A stretch of DNA of 64,000 nucleotides from assembly GCA_016906335.1 (NCBI GenBank), contig JADEYG010000007.1:1302001-1366000 (forward strand), read 5' to 3'. Of the stretch, positions 51,662 through 64,000 are shown one piece after another. The notes under the pieces were generated by a model, which saw only the letters and a list, made by a program, of their open reading frames with translations, searched no databases and was not told the origin of the DNA. The stretch is from Novakomyces olei (lineage: Eukaryota). How positions within the stretch are numbered: position 1 is the stretch's first letter; each line of letters begins with the position of its first letter. A program made the position numbers and the translations under genes.

Positions 51662-54600
51662 ATGGCCGTCACAGAACCGCGTGGTAAGAAAATAAACAAA
51701 AAAGAACTGAGGGCAAAGTGCACTTATTGACCGATCTTTTAGAATCTGATGCCGCCGCATTAACTGGGCCAGGGGTATGCTCGATTGCAAATACTAAATC
51801 TAACTTTTCAAAGCCTCCAGAAGCGCATTTTGTCAGCATAAATTCGCGGCCGCAGTCTAAAAAATCGCTTTTCCAAGTCTGCCGATTGCTGAAAATTCGG
51901 CTCAGTCGTGTTCCTGGTCTGGAGGAATATATTCATCAGGCAGAGAATTCGTATGGTGTTGCACAAGTCGGAGCTAGCGATCCTGTTACAGAATTATGGC
52001 GGCTGTTTCGTCTTGGTTCGAGTCTTTGTGCGCTTTATAATGCGTATCGGGCCGAGCCTAAACTGCCAACTGTTCACGAGTTAAACCCAAACATCAATGC
52101 CTGCAAAAAATGCGTCTACCGTTTCATATCTGCTTGCCAGTCGGAGCTAAAACTCCCGAGTGAACAGCTTTTCAGTATCTCGGAGCTTTATCAAGATGAC
52201 ACAAATGGGTTTGTAAAGGTGATTGAGACTATACAAACAGTTATGGATATCATGAAAGTCCCTGAAGTTGGTGCAGACGAGGATCAGTTTGGTATAGATC
52301 CTTCCGACAATCGTGCGCGGGTTATTATGGAATTGCTTTCAACGGATCAGATATACGTAAATGATATGGAACTGTTGCAAAGATACATGCGGGATCTACG
52401 GCTGCACGAAATCCTGTCAGCCGATGAAATACATCTAGCCTTTGCCAACTTGGACGCGTTAGTCGATTTTCAGCGCAAGTTTCTCATTGGCCTTGAAGCG
52501 CGGGCTCGCTCCTCGTGGAGTCAGCAACATATTGGCGAGTTTTTTACTGTGATGGTATGTGCAGCAATGATTTTTCTAGTATTTACTGTATTTGGTAATC
52601 ATGTTTGGACATTATTTTAGATATGCTCATTTATTGTTTTTTTCTTTTTATTCTTTTATTCTTTTATCCATTTATCCATTTATCCATTTATTCACTATGC
52701 TATATTTCTGCTATTTTTTAGTTCTAATCAAAAGGAACCCGGCTTTGCTGTTTACGAACCCTTTTGCACGAACCATTCGTACGCTTCAGATTTGGTAGCA
52801 GAACGGAGTCCCGAACTTTCACGGCTTAATATGCGCAATAGCGATCCCGCATACGAGCTGCATTCTCTCTTGATCAAGCCTATTCAGAGAATTTGTAAAT
52901 ATCCTCTTTTGATTAGAGAAATTTTACGTTTCACAGACGTATCCGATTCTCAATACGAAGAGCTGCAAAATGGACTTGCGTCTATTGTGCGCGTTGTTGA
53001 TCGCATCAACGAAACTCGAAGACGACAGGAAAATGCTCAAATGATCGTTGACTTGGAGAAACGTATCGAGGATTGGAAAGGTCACTCGATCACTGAATTT
53101 GGAGATTTATTGCTCGTTGACCAATTTTCTGTGTATAAGGGCGATGTCGAACGGGAGTATATGGTTTACCTATTTGAAACTATATTATTATGCTGCAAGG
53201 AGACCACTGTAAATCGAAAATCGTCTCGTAGTATTTCTATTTCAAAAAAGGCTAAAAAGCGGGCAAGTTTGCAGCTGAAAGGAAGAATATACGTGAGCAA
53301 TATTGAGAGCGTTCAAATTTTATCAAAGTCGAGTAAGTATTTTATCTGGTTCAAAATTTTCATTATTTTTCTAATTAATATTTTGTTGAATAATAATTTC
53401 TTTATGATTTTCTTAATTAGTGATTTTGTTTTTTAATTATTTTTCTTTAATTATTATTTTTAACAAATTTTTGGCTTCTTGACTGTGGATGATTACTGTC
53501 TGCCCGTTTTCTTCATTTAAAATCGTCTACAATTTCTTATTCCAATGTGCCATTTCGCAATTAATTTCCCTTATTTATGGGCTGTTCCCACTAATTTATC
53601 TTTTCTCCACCATTGAGCATAGTATTATCGATTATACTATCGTATCTTCTTTCCTGTTTGACTTTTCCTTATTTTCCCCATTTGTATCTTGTAATTTACT
53701 TTTCTTTCAAAAGAGAATGTCTCCTTACTTACACGCCGGCAGAAGACTACACGTTACAGGTCACCTGGTTTGGTGATACGAGGGACGATTCTTTAGTTTT
53801 ACGCTGTCGAAACGAAGAGCATTTACGTCAATGGCATTCAGCAATGTCGCGTCTCATCGAGGCGTGTCGAGAAAGCGCGGGCAATGGCGATGGTCGGATT
53901 GGATCGCTCAACAAGATTTCCGATACGGAATTTATATCAATGCAAAACATGGCAGCGGCGGACGGCAATGGCCGGACTTCTCTGGCGAGCTTCTCCGATA
54001 CTACAGAAAACGATGAGTTTTACGATAGTTACAGTATCTCTGGCAGTGTTTCCATGTCACGAAATGCCTCGCAAACAAGCCAAAAATCTCGAGGCGAGTC
54101 AATTCCAAATTTATCGCAGATATACCCTTGGTCTTCAGCAAACGGTGGTGCAAACAAAAAGTCATTGTCTTCCGCTCAACTGCCGTCCTCCACAGTGCAC
54201 ACGGGCAGTCTTCCAATGAGGTCAGTGAGCAGCCGGTCTTCATCGGCAGCTGCTGCCGATGTTTCAATGGTCCGATCTCTGTCAAAGGACTCTTATACCC
54301 ATCACCATTACCCTCAGTCTCCTCCGACAGCAAGAATTCCTTTAAAGCACCCACACATGCTGGGCCATGTGCGGGAACGGAGTGCAAGCTCGCCAAACAT
54401 TCATCAGTCGCCTATCTTCAACAGTCCTGCACAGAGCAGTTTTAGCGCTAATACCAGCATTAGTATTAATACTCATACAAATGCCAATATCAAGAATGGC
54501 ACTAGTACTAGTCCTGGCGCGGTTCCTCCAGTAGGCGCTGCCAAGCTCAAAATTCAACTCATTTGTGGCGACGATACGTTGTTAATTATCGTTCCTCGAG

Positions 54601-54809
54601 ATTTGCCTTTTGCTGCACTGCACGATCGTGTCTGTAAAAAGCTGCGGCTCTGCGGACTGGCAAAGGACAATGAGCGAACAAGGCTACGCTATGAGGACGA
54701 AGACCGGGATATGATCACAGTCTCGTCAGACGAAGACTTGGCCATGGCTTTGGAAGATTTGGAGGGAAACACGTATTTTGGAGGCGCCTACAAGTTCTTC
54801 GTCGACTGA
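51662..54809 (+). CDS. CDC24: Cdc42 GEF Cdc24/Scd1 (CH-DH-PH-PB1), 4 exons
   Basis: DPVTELWRLFRLGSSLC; DDTNGFVKV; LIKPIQRICKYPLL; EDWKGH; YLFETILLCCKE; PB1 RYEDEDRDMITVSSDEDL. Confidence 0.96.
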
Positions 54810-55254
54810 GACCAGTTTAAGGCTGGTGGTAAGCGTTTACGTGTGGAACGTTACACATTAGTCGAATAGGACATGGCAGTTGGAGCAAGCACGAGCCTGT
54901 TTATTTTCAGTTCTTTACTGTACCTAACTCTACCGTGCTATTTTACCCTGTTTTTACCCATTTTCCCATCTTGTTTTTATCCTGTTTTCCTACCGTTCCA
55001 ATACTACTTTATCGTTTTACCGTTTCTCTTACACATCTATCATTTGTTTGTCGTTTATTCGGCAATATTAAACTTTGTTTTCGTCGGACAGGCCGAGGTG
55101 GAGGGCCAATTAAAGGGAGAAGAAGCGGGTACACTGTATACTTGTTCAGCAGACTCGGACGTTTATGTACATAGAATACCATTCTGCCAAGATGTGTGAA
55201 TATGATTTGATTGGATTGTACAATTATCGCGATAAGCGTCGACCCTTCGCTGTG

Positions 55255-57014
<1,760 letters not shown>

Positions 57015-57075
57015 GCTCCACACTGACCTGTGTGCTATTCTGTTTTATTCGGTTTATTTTTATTTATTATATTTA

Positions 57076-57260
<185 letters not shown>

Positions 57261-57970
57261 TATTCAATCTTTCTTTTACTGTAAAAAGGTGCGATACAGT
57301 GTCCGCCTGCCACGCATGTTTGCACGAGCCAATTAGTGCGCCTCAATGCTCAAAATCAAGGCTCAGTTGCTGCGTGTAAGAAGCTGTGGGAGACAGTGCC
57401 GCTACATGCGCTCTATACAATAATGTAATTGTTACTATAATTAATTGTTTTCTATAATTTTTATTAATTCAATTGTTTACAATAATTTAATTGTTTGCCT
57501 ACCACAGTTACACGCTGCACTACTACGTACCGATACATACTGCGCTCCTAATCTGGCACTTTGCACGTGCCTACTTCTAGTCATATTATCATACTATCAA
57601 TCATACTTTATAATCATACTCTATAATCATTCAATTAAACATTCATTTAAACATTCATTATAGTCTACCAATATTCTACTACTTTTATACCTACTTTGTA
57701 TGCATAATGTGGCCTATTACCCCTTTTATTATTCGATTGAATTGAAGGCTGCTTTTTTTTATTTTTCAACATTTACATTGGAGACGGCAGATGGGATTAT
57801 TTGCTAAAAGGCAAAAGTGCGCTTTTGCCTGATCTCGAGACAAGACATCTTTACTTTTGCTCAGGACTATTGTCTCACATAATACGCCATTTCCCAGTAC
57901 TCACTGTGGCCGCCGGGGTGGCGGTATTGACGGACGGCAAGGCAGAAAACGTGCGCGTTCCCTGTGGGCC

Positions 57971-59268
57971 ATGTATTACGGCAGCCAGGAAGGACAGGCT
58001 ACAGCGGACGAGATCGAAGAAGATGTCCTTGAAGGCGACTCTTACGACTCGCAGTCGAGCTCTGGAACTGAGCCAATGTCCTGGATTTCGTGGTATGTCT
58101 CGGGCATAGGCAAAGAGTTTTTCACCGAAGTTTCCGATGAGTTTATCGAGGACGAGTTCAATCTTACCGGGCTAAGCGGTATGGTGCCGTTCTACAAGGA
58201 GGCACTAGAAATGATACTAGACATTGAACCGGGTAAGTTTCAAACAATTGGAGAAGATTTGGGGGCAAAAGTTAGGCATTATTGAGGAATAGTAGGTGGA
58301 TAAATAAGGGCAAAAGTATGGACGTGGTGGAGCGGCTGTTGCTAGACTTTTGAAAGCGGACGTGTATAATTAAAGAATGCGAAACAGCCGTACAAAGTCG
58401 CCCAGTCCTGCCTGCGCAAGAAAGAATATTGAAAAAATTAATACTGAAAATTAAAACCTATAAATTTAATTAAAAAGACGGGTATACTTACTTTACAGAG
58501 CACAGCTACAACAACGTGCCCGACGCAGCGTTAGTAGAAGACTCGGCAGAGCTGCTCTACGGCCTCATTCACCAGCGGTACATTATCTCCCGCAACGGAA
58601 TATATCAAATGGCCAAAAAATACGATGATGGTCATTTTGGGTACTGTCCCCGTGTATACTGTGAGGGCTGTGGCGTATTACCCTGTGGCCGGTCAGATCT
58701 CCCCGGCTTGGAAACGGTCAAGCTCTTTTGCCCGTCGTGTCTCGATATATACGTGCCACCAAACAGTCGCTTTCAAAACGTGGACGGTGCCTTTTTTGGT
58801 ACTACATTTCCGCATTTGTTCTTTCAAACGTACCGTGAATTGAAACCTTCCAGGCCACGGAACAGCCTGCCTGTATATACGCCAACTATCTATGGCTTCA
58901 AGGTCTCTGAAAAGTCAGAAATAGGATCACGAATGCGCTGGCTCCGATCGTGCCTGGATGGCAGTGACGATGAGGTGGAATCTCAGGTAGCCGAGGCAGC
59001 AGACGATAATATACTACGCGATGAGGGCGAAGAGGAGGAGGAAGATACGGCTGGTGCTGCTGCAAAGTCTGAAAGGAGCACTCAACCGGCACCGACACCA
59101 GCAACTGCTACGGAAGACCGGGAGCTTGATACTGCTAACGGCAGACCAGCACAGGCTGTCAACCCTAAGACTGGTTCTAGTGCTGGTGCTGGGACGGGTG
59201 CCGCAGAACGTGCGAGTCCAGAGTCTGATTTGAACTCGCAGCAAATGGTCGATGTAGAAAACGAGTAG
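57971..59268 (+). CDS. CKB1: Casein kinase 2 regulatory beta subunit, 2 exons
   Basis: SWISWY; FIEDEFNLTGL; AELLYGLIHQRYI; FGYCPRVYC; VKLFCPSC; VDGAFFGTTFPHL. Confidence 0.96.
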
Positions 59269-59537
59269 CAGCTACACATTCGTGGTTCCTTGTATCCTCA
59301 TATACATGAAGGCAAATGCCGAAATTGCGTGGATATGTGTGTATATGTATATGTGGCCTGTAGTTATGATACCTATGTTTATCCGTTTATTGTGCTTTAC
59401 TGAATCAATTACTTTTTTGATAAAGATTGTGGATTAGAGATTGCTTGGCTTTTCACTGTTTAATTTATGCTTTTCACACTGCCAATGCGTTCAGATACAG
59501 ATATACATTCAGGTAAAGGTAACTTTTCGCTGCCAAC

Positions 59538-60630
59538 CTATTCCTGCATAGTATTGTCTTGTTCACGTTCAATTTGCCGTTGTAAAGCACGTAAAAACGC
59601 CATTACTCCATGCTCGCCTTGAGCGTCAGACGGATCAAGGCCTAAAGCAGTGATAACCTCAGAGGCATTGCCTTGCACAAGAGCGTAGGAAAGGGCCTCC
59701 AAGCCCTGGTGAAACTGGGGCGAGGAAATAAGAGACGCAATATCAGCCTCTGTCATATTCTCTGGCGTCAATTCTGGAGGCAGGTAAGGGAACAGGCCAC
59801 GTCGAATTTGCTCATCTGCCAATAGGGGCCGTAACTCATCCGGAGTCAGTACATTTCTCAGTGAGACTGGTGTGTGCCTGGTTTCTGCACTCTGAACACT
59901 GCGGCTCAGCCCCTCAACGAGGCTTCTGATTCGTTCAGGGTTGCCTAGAGCGTGTGAATCTTGTTCTGCCTCAAAAGGCACGTCCTGCACGTCATCCGCC
60001 GGGTACTGGCCCAATGATTCGGCGCCAGCTTCATCAGTGGGCCGGGTGGGGTTGCGGATAGAAGGCGACCAGTCCATGTTCGGGTTAGACCCCTGATTGA
60101 ACAAGTGCATGAGTCGTTCATTAGATGCTCCGAGCTGGCTTTGAGCCCGAGCGGAAGCAGATTCTTCTCCTTCACCTTCTTCGTCATTGTCGTCTTGTGC
60201 AGATGTTGGGTCGGCAATAAGGTCGTTTACTCTTTTGCGCAAAACCTCGTCCCGCACGGATGTCCCAGACTGCATCCAAAAGAAGACGATTTGGTTTGAA
60301 GAGTTGAATTTAAGCGCGTACACGCGTCCCGTAGTACACTGAGGAATCTTTATGAATTCCGCATCCTCTGGAAAAATAATCAGATCCTAACATTTGTTAG
60401 TACTGCTGGTCTCAAAGGCAGTGTTACATCTTCCGCCTCGCTGGCACCTCGTTCCTTCCAGCACAGGTGTAGCAATTCGTCGTCCATTATCTGTAAAAAG
60501 ATCGTTCTTTTCGCGTGTCAGTGCCAATACAAAAAGTTTGATCGTACCCTTTGCGAGGATCAGCACGGACAGTGCGCGTGCCGGGCACACGGTTCATGCG
60601 GCCCGCTTTGAATTCGAGAAGAGCCGCCAT
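59538..60630 (-). CDS. RPN13: Proteasome ubiquitin receptor Rpn13/ADRM1 (PRU domain plus UCH-binding domain), 3 exons
   Basis: MAALLEFKAGRM..VRADPRKG; DLIIFPEDAEF..TTGRVYALKFNSS..FFWMQ; SPQFHQGLEALSYAL. Confidence 0.93.
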
Positions 60631-60969
60631 TTCGGATTGCACAGTGCTCTAGCGCTGGTCCGTTTGTATTAATGTTACGTAGTGCACTATAATGTTAAAC
60701 CCTGTACAGATTCGTACGGTTTTGCTGAGCCTAAGTTGTGGTTAGGTTTAGGGTTAATTAGGGCTAGTTAAGAACATGAATAAATATTGGAGCAGAGTAC
60801 ATCATACATGTACGGCCTACATTGTGTAATAGAAACAAAGTTACTCCTGCTAATATTGCCTACTTTCTCACTACTATTCCAGCGAGTATAATTTTAACGT
60901 TAGATACGGGTCGGCCCTGCGCGTACATATATCCCACTAGTGGCTTGCAGAGCGAGAGCAAAGGCCGAA

Positions 60970-62172
60970 ATGAAGTCGGCAAACCCGGCGCAGGAGCAGC
61001 ACAAGCGGGAAAAAAAAGCCGCTCAGCGGAAACTGCGGAACGAGCGTCAGAGGCAACGTGATGAAAGGCTCTCACGGCGAAACCCTACACGGTTACAAGA
61101 ACAGGTCGATGAGTTGCGGCAAGTTGGTAAGTCAATCAATACTGTTCGGCTTTGCATTTTCGATTTTTTTTAGTATACATCTCAAGCTGATATTCTACTC
61201 TTTTTATGTTCTTTTAATTGCTTCTTGTTCAATTGCTTCTTGTTTAATTGCTTCGTTGATTGCTTTTGTTTAATTCTGTTTGTTAAAATAGTCTTTGTGG
61301 CAGTCTTTGTTGAATAATCATTGTTGCATGGTCTTGCTGAATAGCCTTACTGATTTGTTACTAATTGCAGCTTCGAGTGGACATTTGAACGCGCATGACG
61401 CAAAGTTACTGCAACAACTAGAGTCTGATCTAGAACGCATTAAGAAATTAAATATCCCTGTCATCGACTCTGATCGTACGCGGCAACGCGATAAAGAAGA
61501 GCATGAGCGTGAGGAACGAGCGCGCAAAAAATTCAAACCTCGTGATCCTACACGAAGCGTATTCTACGATCCTGTTTACAACCCAATGGTAATTTTACAA
61601 AAAGTCACAAGACTATTCACATAATAACTACAGTTACAAGACCAATAACTCTAGAATGACTCAAATGTTTGGCTTCAACATTGCATGCTAATATGAAGGG
61701 CGCTCCTCCTCCAGGCCAAACTTATCGTGAATGGTCTGATCATGAATCCGATGACAGTGGCGGATCAACTGACGAAGAAGTGCGTAAAATCCCAATGCCG
61801 CCAGGAAATCCACCTCTCTTGCGCAAAGATATTGCACAGCATGAGAAGCCCAACTATGAGCAACAAGACAAGGCGCAGCACCCATCATCGCAAGAGCATG
61901 TGCAAACAGCGAGCGATCCTGGATCAGTGCCAGCGCAGCCGTTGGTGCAAAAGACAACGTATGAAGCGAAACCAGTGCTGAGAGATTTGCGTAAAGATGC
62001 GGTGCAAATGGTGCCCGCTGCGCTTCGAAGAAAGGGAATACAAGAGAGAAAAAATACAGCACAAGACCGAAATGATGGACATGAGCAATCTCAAACGGAC
62101 AAAGAAAAAGACGCAAAGCCGGATAATGATGAATATTCCAAATTTATTCAAGAGATATCCGGCTTGAAATAG
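60970..62172 (+). CDS. WW-domain-binding protein 11 (Wbp11/Saf1-like splicing factor), 3 exons
   Basis: KSANPAQEQHKREKK..RNERQRQRDERL.RRNP; RSVFYDPVYNP-GAPPPG; IPMPPG; YEAKPVLRDLRK..MVPAALRR. Confidence 0.85.
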
Positions 62173-62278
62173 TACTCTTTGGTTTCTATACTTTGGGGAT
62201 AAATTGGCATAAAAATTCGTACTTTAATGTGCACTTTTCACTTCAAACCGGTGTGATTAAGGAGGATCTTTGTACCAT

Positions 62279-64000
62279 TTAATACCGGCCATTGGAGTTG
62301 TATGTCTGCGAATTGTATGGCGGGTACATTTGCCCCGGTGGTGGGTAATTTTGATAGTTCGGATCGTACCCTCCTTGGGGCGGTCCTTGGCTATACTGAC
62401 CCCCATACTGGTCGTACGGATTGCCCTGTTGAGGATACTGGCCAGGCGGGAATTGTTGTGGTGGTGGAGGATTATACCCGTAATTTCCTCCAGACTGGTA
62501 CCCATAAGGAGGCTGCCCGCTCTGCACAGAGTAGGAATACTCTTCCGTCTGAGAATAAGCCTGATACCCTTCGTTACCAGACGACATTGATCCATAACCT
62601 TGATTTCGATCTGGCTCTCCATACGGTGGCTGGTAGCTTTCGTTGGGTGGTCGATAGCCTTCGTTGGGTGGTCGGTACGCTTCACTTGGCGGCTGATACC
62701 CTTCGTTGGGTGGTCGGTAATTTTCGGTAGGCGGAGGATAGCCTTGTTCCAAATTGCTTGGAGGGTTATTAGACTGCTCATATGCGGCCAAAGACGCGTT
62801 GCCATATCGTAAGTTTTGCGGCTGCTGAGGTTGGTGTTTGTAGGCAGAGTCTGGCTGGGGATTTACGTATCCCGTACTTTGATTAGACGGATAATTGAGA
62901 CTTGGATTATTATTATTGTGAGAGTAACTTTGGTCTTGTCTTCCTTGACCGGGTGAAGAGCCAGTATTTGCACCGAAAAAGTTTTCTCCCACTAATCGTC
63001 CACTGTGCGAATGACCGTGGCCTTCTCCTGAGTGATGACGGCCATTTTGCACTGCCTCGGCCGTCAAACAGCTCATGATTTGCCGTCTTTTAGAGCCATC
63101 AAGGCCGTTCAACCATCTGCTCACCTGGTCAGCCATGTCTCTGTGAATGGGCAACTGTGCCAGTGCTGGATGGTGGAAGACGCTGACAATATCGTTGACA
63201 GCTCGGTTAGGATCTATGGAAACGTCATTCCATGCAGATGAGATAATATTGGTTGCATACTTTATGACTGCAACAGCGACCATACCAGCCGGCTCGTTCA
63301 AATAACAGGTAAAGTGATCCTTGCTTAGCATAGAGTGTGTAGGATCTGAAGCATTTGGGTCTTTAAACACCTCCATTTGTGCTTCACTCGAGGTCACTAG
63401 GGAAGATCCGGAGCCCACTGAGCTATCAATCTTTGTCAATATCGGCGTGATGAAGGGCTCTATTTCTTTAAGAACAAACGCGGTTACCGAATCTGTGATT
63501 TTCTCCACGATATCCGCGATCCCGAGGCTTTCAAGAACAGAGTCACAAAATTTGACCACCTTGTCTCTGAATACGAGCAAAGGGTAAATCCGTCTAATGA
63601 CTTCATCAGCGTCCATGGAGTCAGCGTTTGAGACCGGCATGCTTCTCACTCCCTGTGCCTGTGATTCAAATTCGTCCAGGTCTCTAGATGAGATTCCAAA
63701 GGACGAAAAGCTCGGGACGAGGTTAAATAGTTTTCTAATCTTGCCAAAATCAAAGTAAGACGATTGCTGATTCGTAAGCTGCCCATTTAAATCTGAAATT
63801 TGTGTCTGTGACAAATGGTCAGATGCCTCACCCAGCATTGAGTGAACGAAATCTAAACCCCCAAAGGTCCCAGTGACCAATGGCCACACCCGTTTGCCCT
63901 GAATGTTCACCATTGTATTTGCTCCAACGTGCGGGAACACGTCCCGCTCACCGAGCTGCAAAAGGCAAAGCTCAACAAAATTGCTGTGAGCTGAAAAATC
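62279..64000 (-). CDS. Het-C domain protein (HET-C/TinC family), 3' part; 5' end outside the window
   Basis: DFSAHSNFVEL; DVFPHVG; PLVTGTFGGLDFVHSMLGE; DPTHSMLSKDHF; VFHHPAL; G/Q/Y/P-rich tail. Confidence 0.93.
   Translation of the reverse strand, partial: DFSAHSNFVELCLLQLGERDVFPHVGANTMVNIQGKRVWPLVTGTFGGLDFVHSMLGEASDHLSQTQISDLNGQLTNQQSSYFDFGKIRKLFNLVPSFSSFGISSRDLDEFESQAQGVRSMPVSNADSMDADEVIRRIYPLLVFRDKVVKFCDSVLESLGIADIVEKITDSVTAFVLKEIEPFITPILTKIDSSVGSGSSLVTSSEAQMEVFKDPNASDPTHSMLSKDHFTCYLNEPAGMVAVAVIKYATNIISSAWNDVSIDPNRAVNDIVSVFHHPALAQLPIHRDMADQVSRWLNGLDGSKRRQIMSCLTAEAVQNGRHHSGEGHGHSHSGRLVGENFFGANTGSSPGQGRQDQSYSHNNNNPSLNYPSNQSTGYVNPQPDSAYKHQPQQPQNLRYGNASLAAYEQSNNPPSNLEQGYPPPTENYRPPNEGYQPPSEAYRPPNEGYRPPNESYQPPYGEPDRNQGYGSMSSGNEGYQAYSQTEEYSYSVQSGQPPYGYQSGGNYGYNPPPPQQFPPGQYPQQGNPYDQYGGQYSQGPPQGGYDPNYQNYPPPGQMYPPYNSQTYNSNGRY

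Overview
Compact, intron-rich ascomycete chromosome segment using the standard genetic code. A Taphrinomycotina-like lineage is my inference from Homol D/E boxes, short CTAAC-type introns and a Tpz1-like gene. It carries about 26 housekeeping genes, in order: MOD5, BET1/SFT1, HYM1/Mo25, SEC66, SFI1, RAV1, ALG9, NAF1, SEC11, AKR1, GEP3, EMC5, HSE1, GUT1, RPL8, a DUF3429 protein, RSM18, a PITH protein, VPS13, a TPP1/Tpz1-like protein, a Uds1-domain protein, CDC24, SFH1, CKB1, RPN13, WBP11 and a partial Het-C gene. Long AT-rich microsatellites are interspersed. I see no mobile elements, tRNA/rRNA or CRISPR. The most striking unexplained feature is the 381-nt first intron of RPL8 (eL8, an L7Ae-family protein). 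It is closed by a ~21-bp long-range helix and contains a 13-bp hairpin plus a textbook kink-turn overlapping a decoy branch point, which makes it a candidate autoregulatory splicing switch. All gene calls are by eye from translated motifs; exon boundaries and some start codons are manual estimates.
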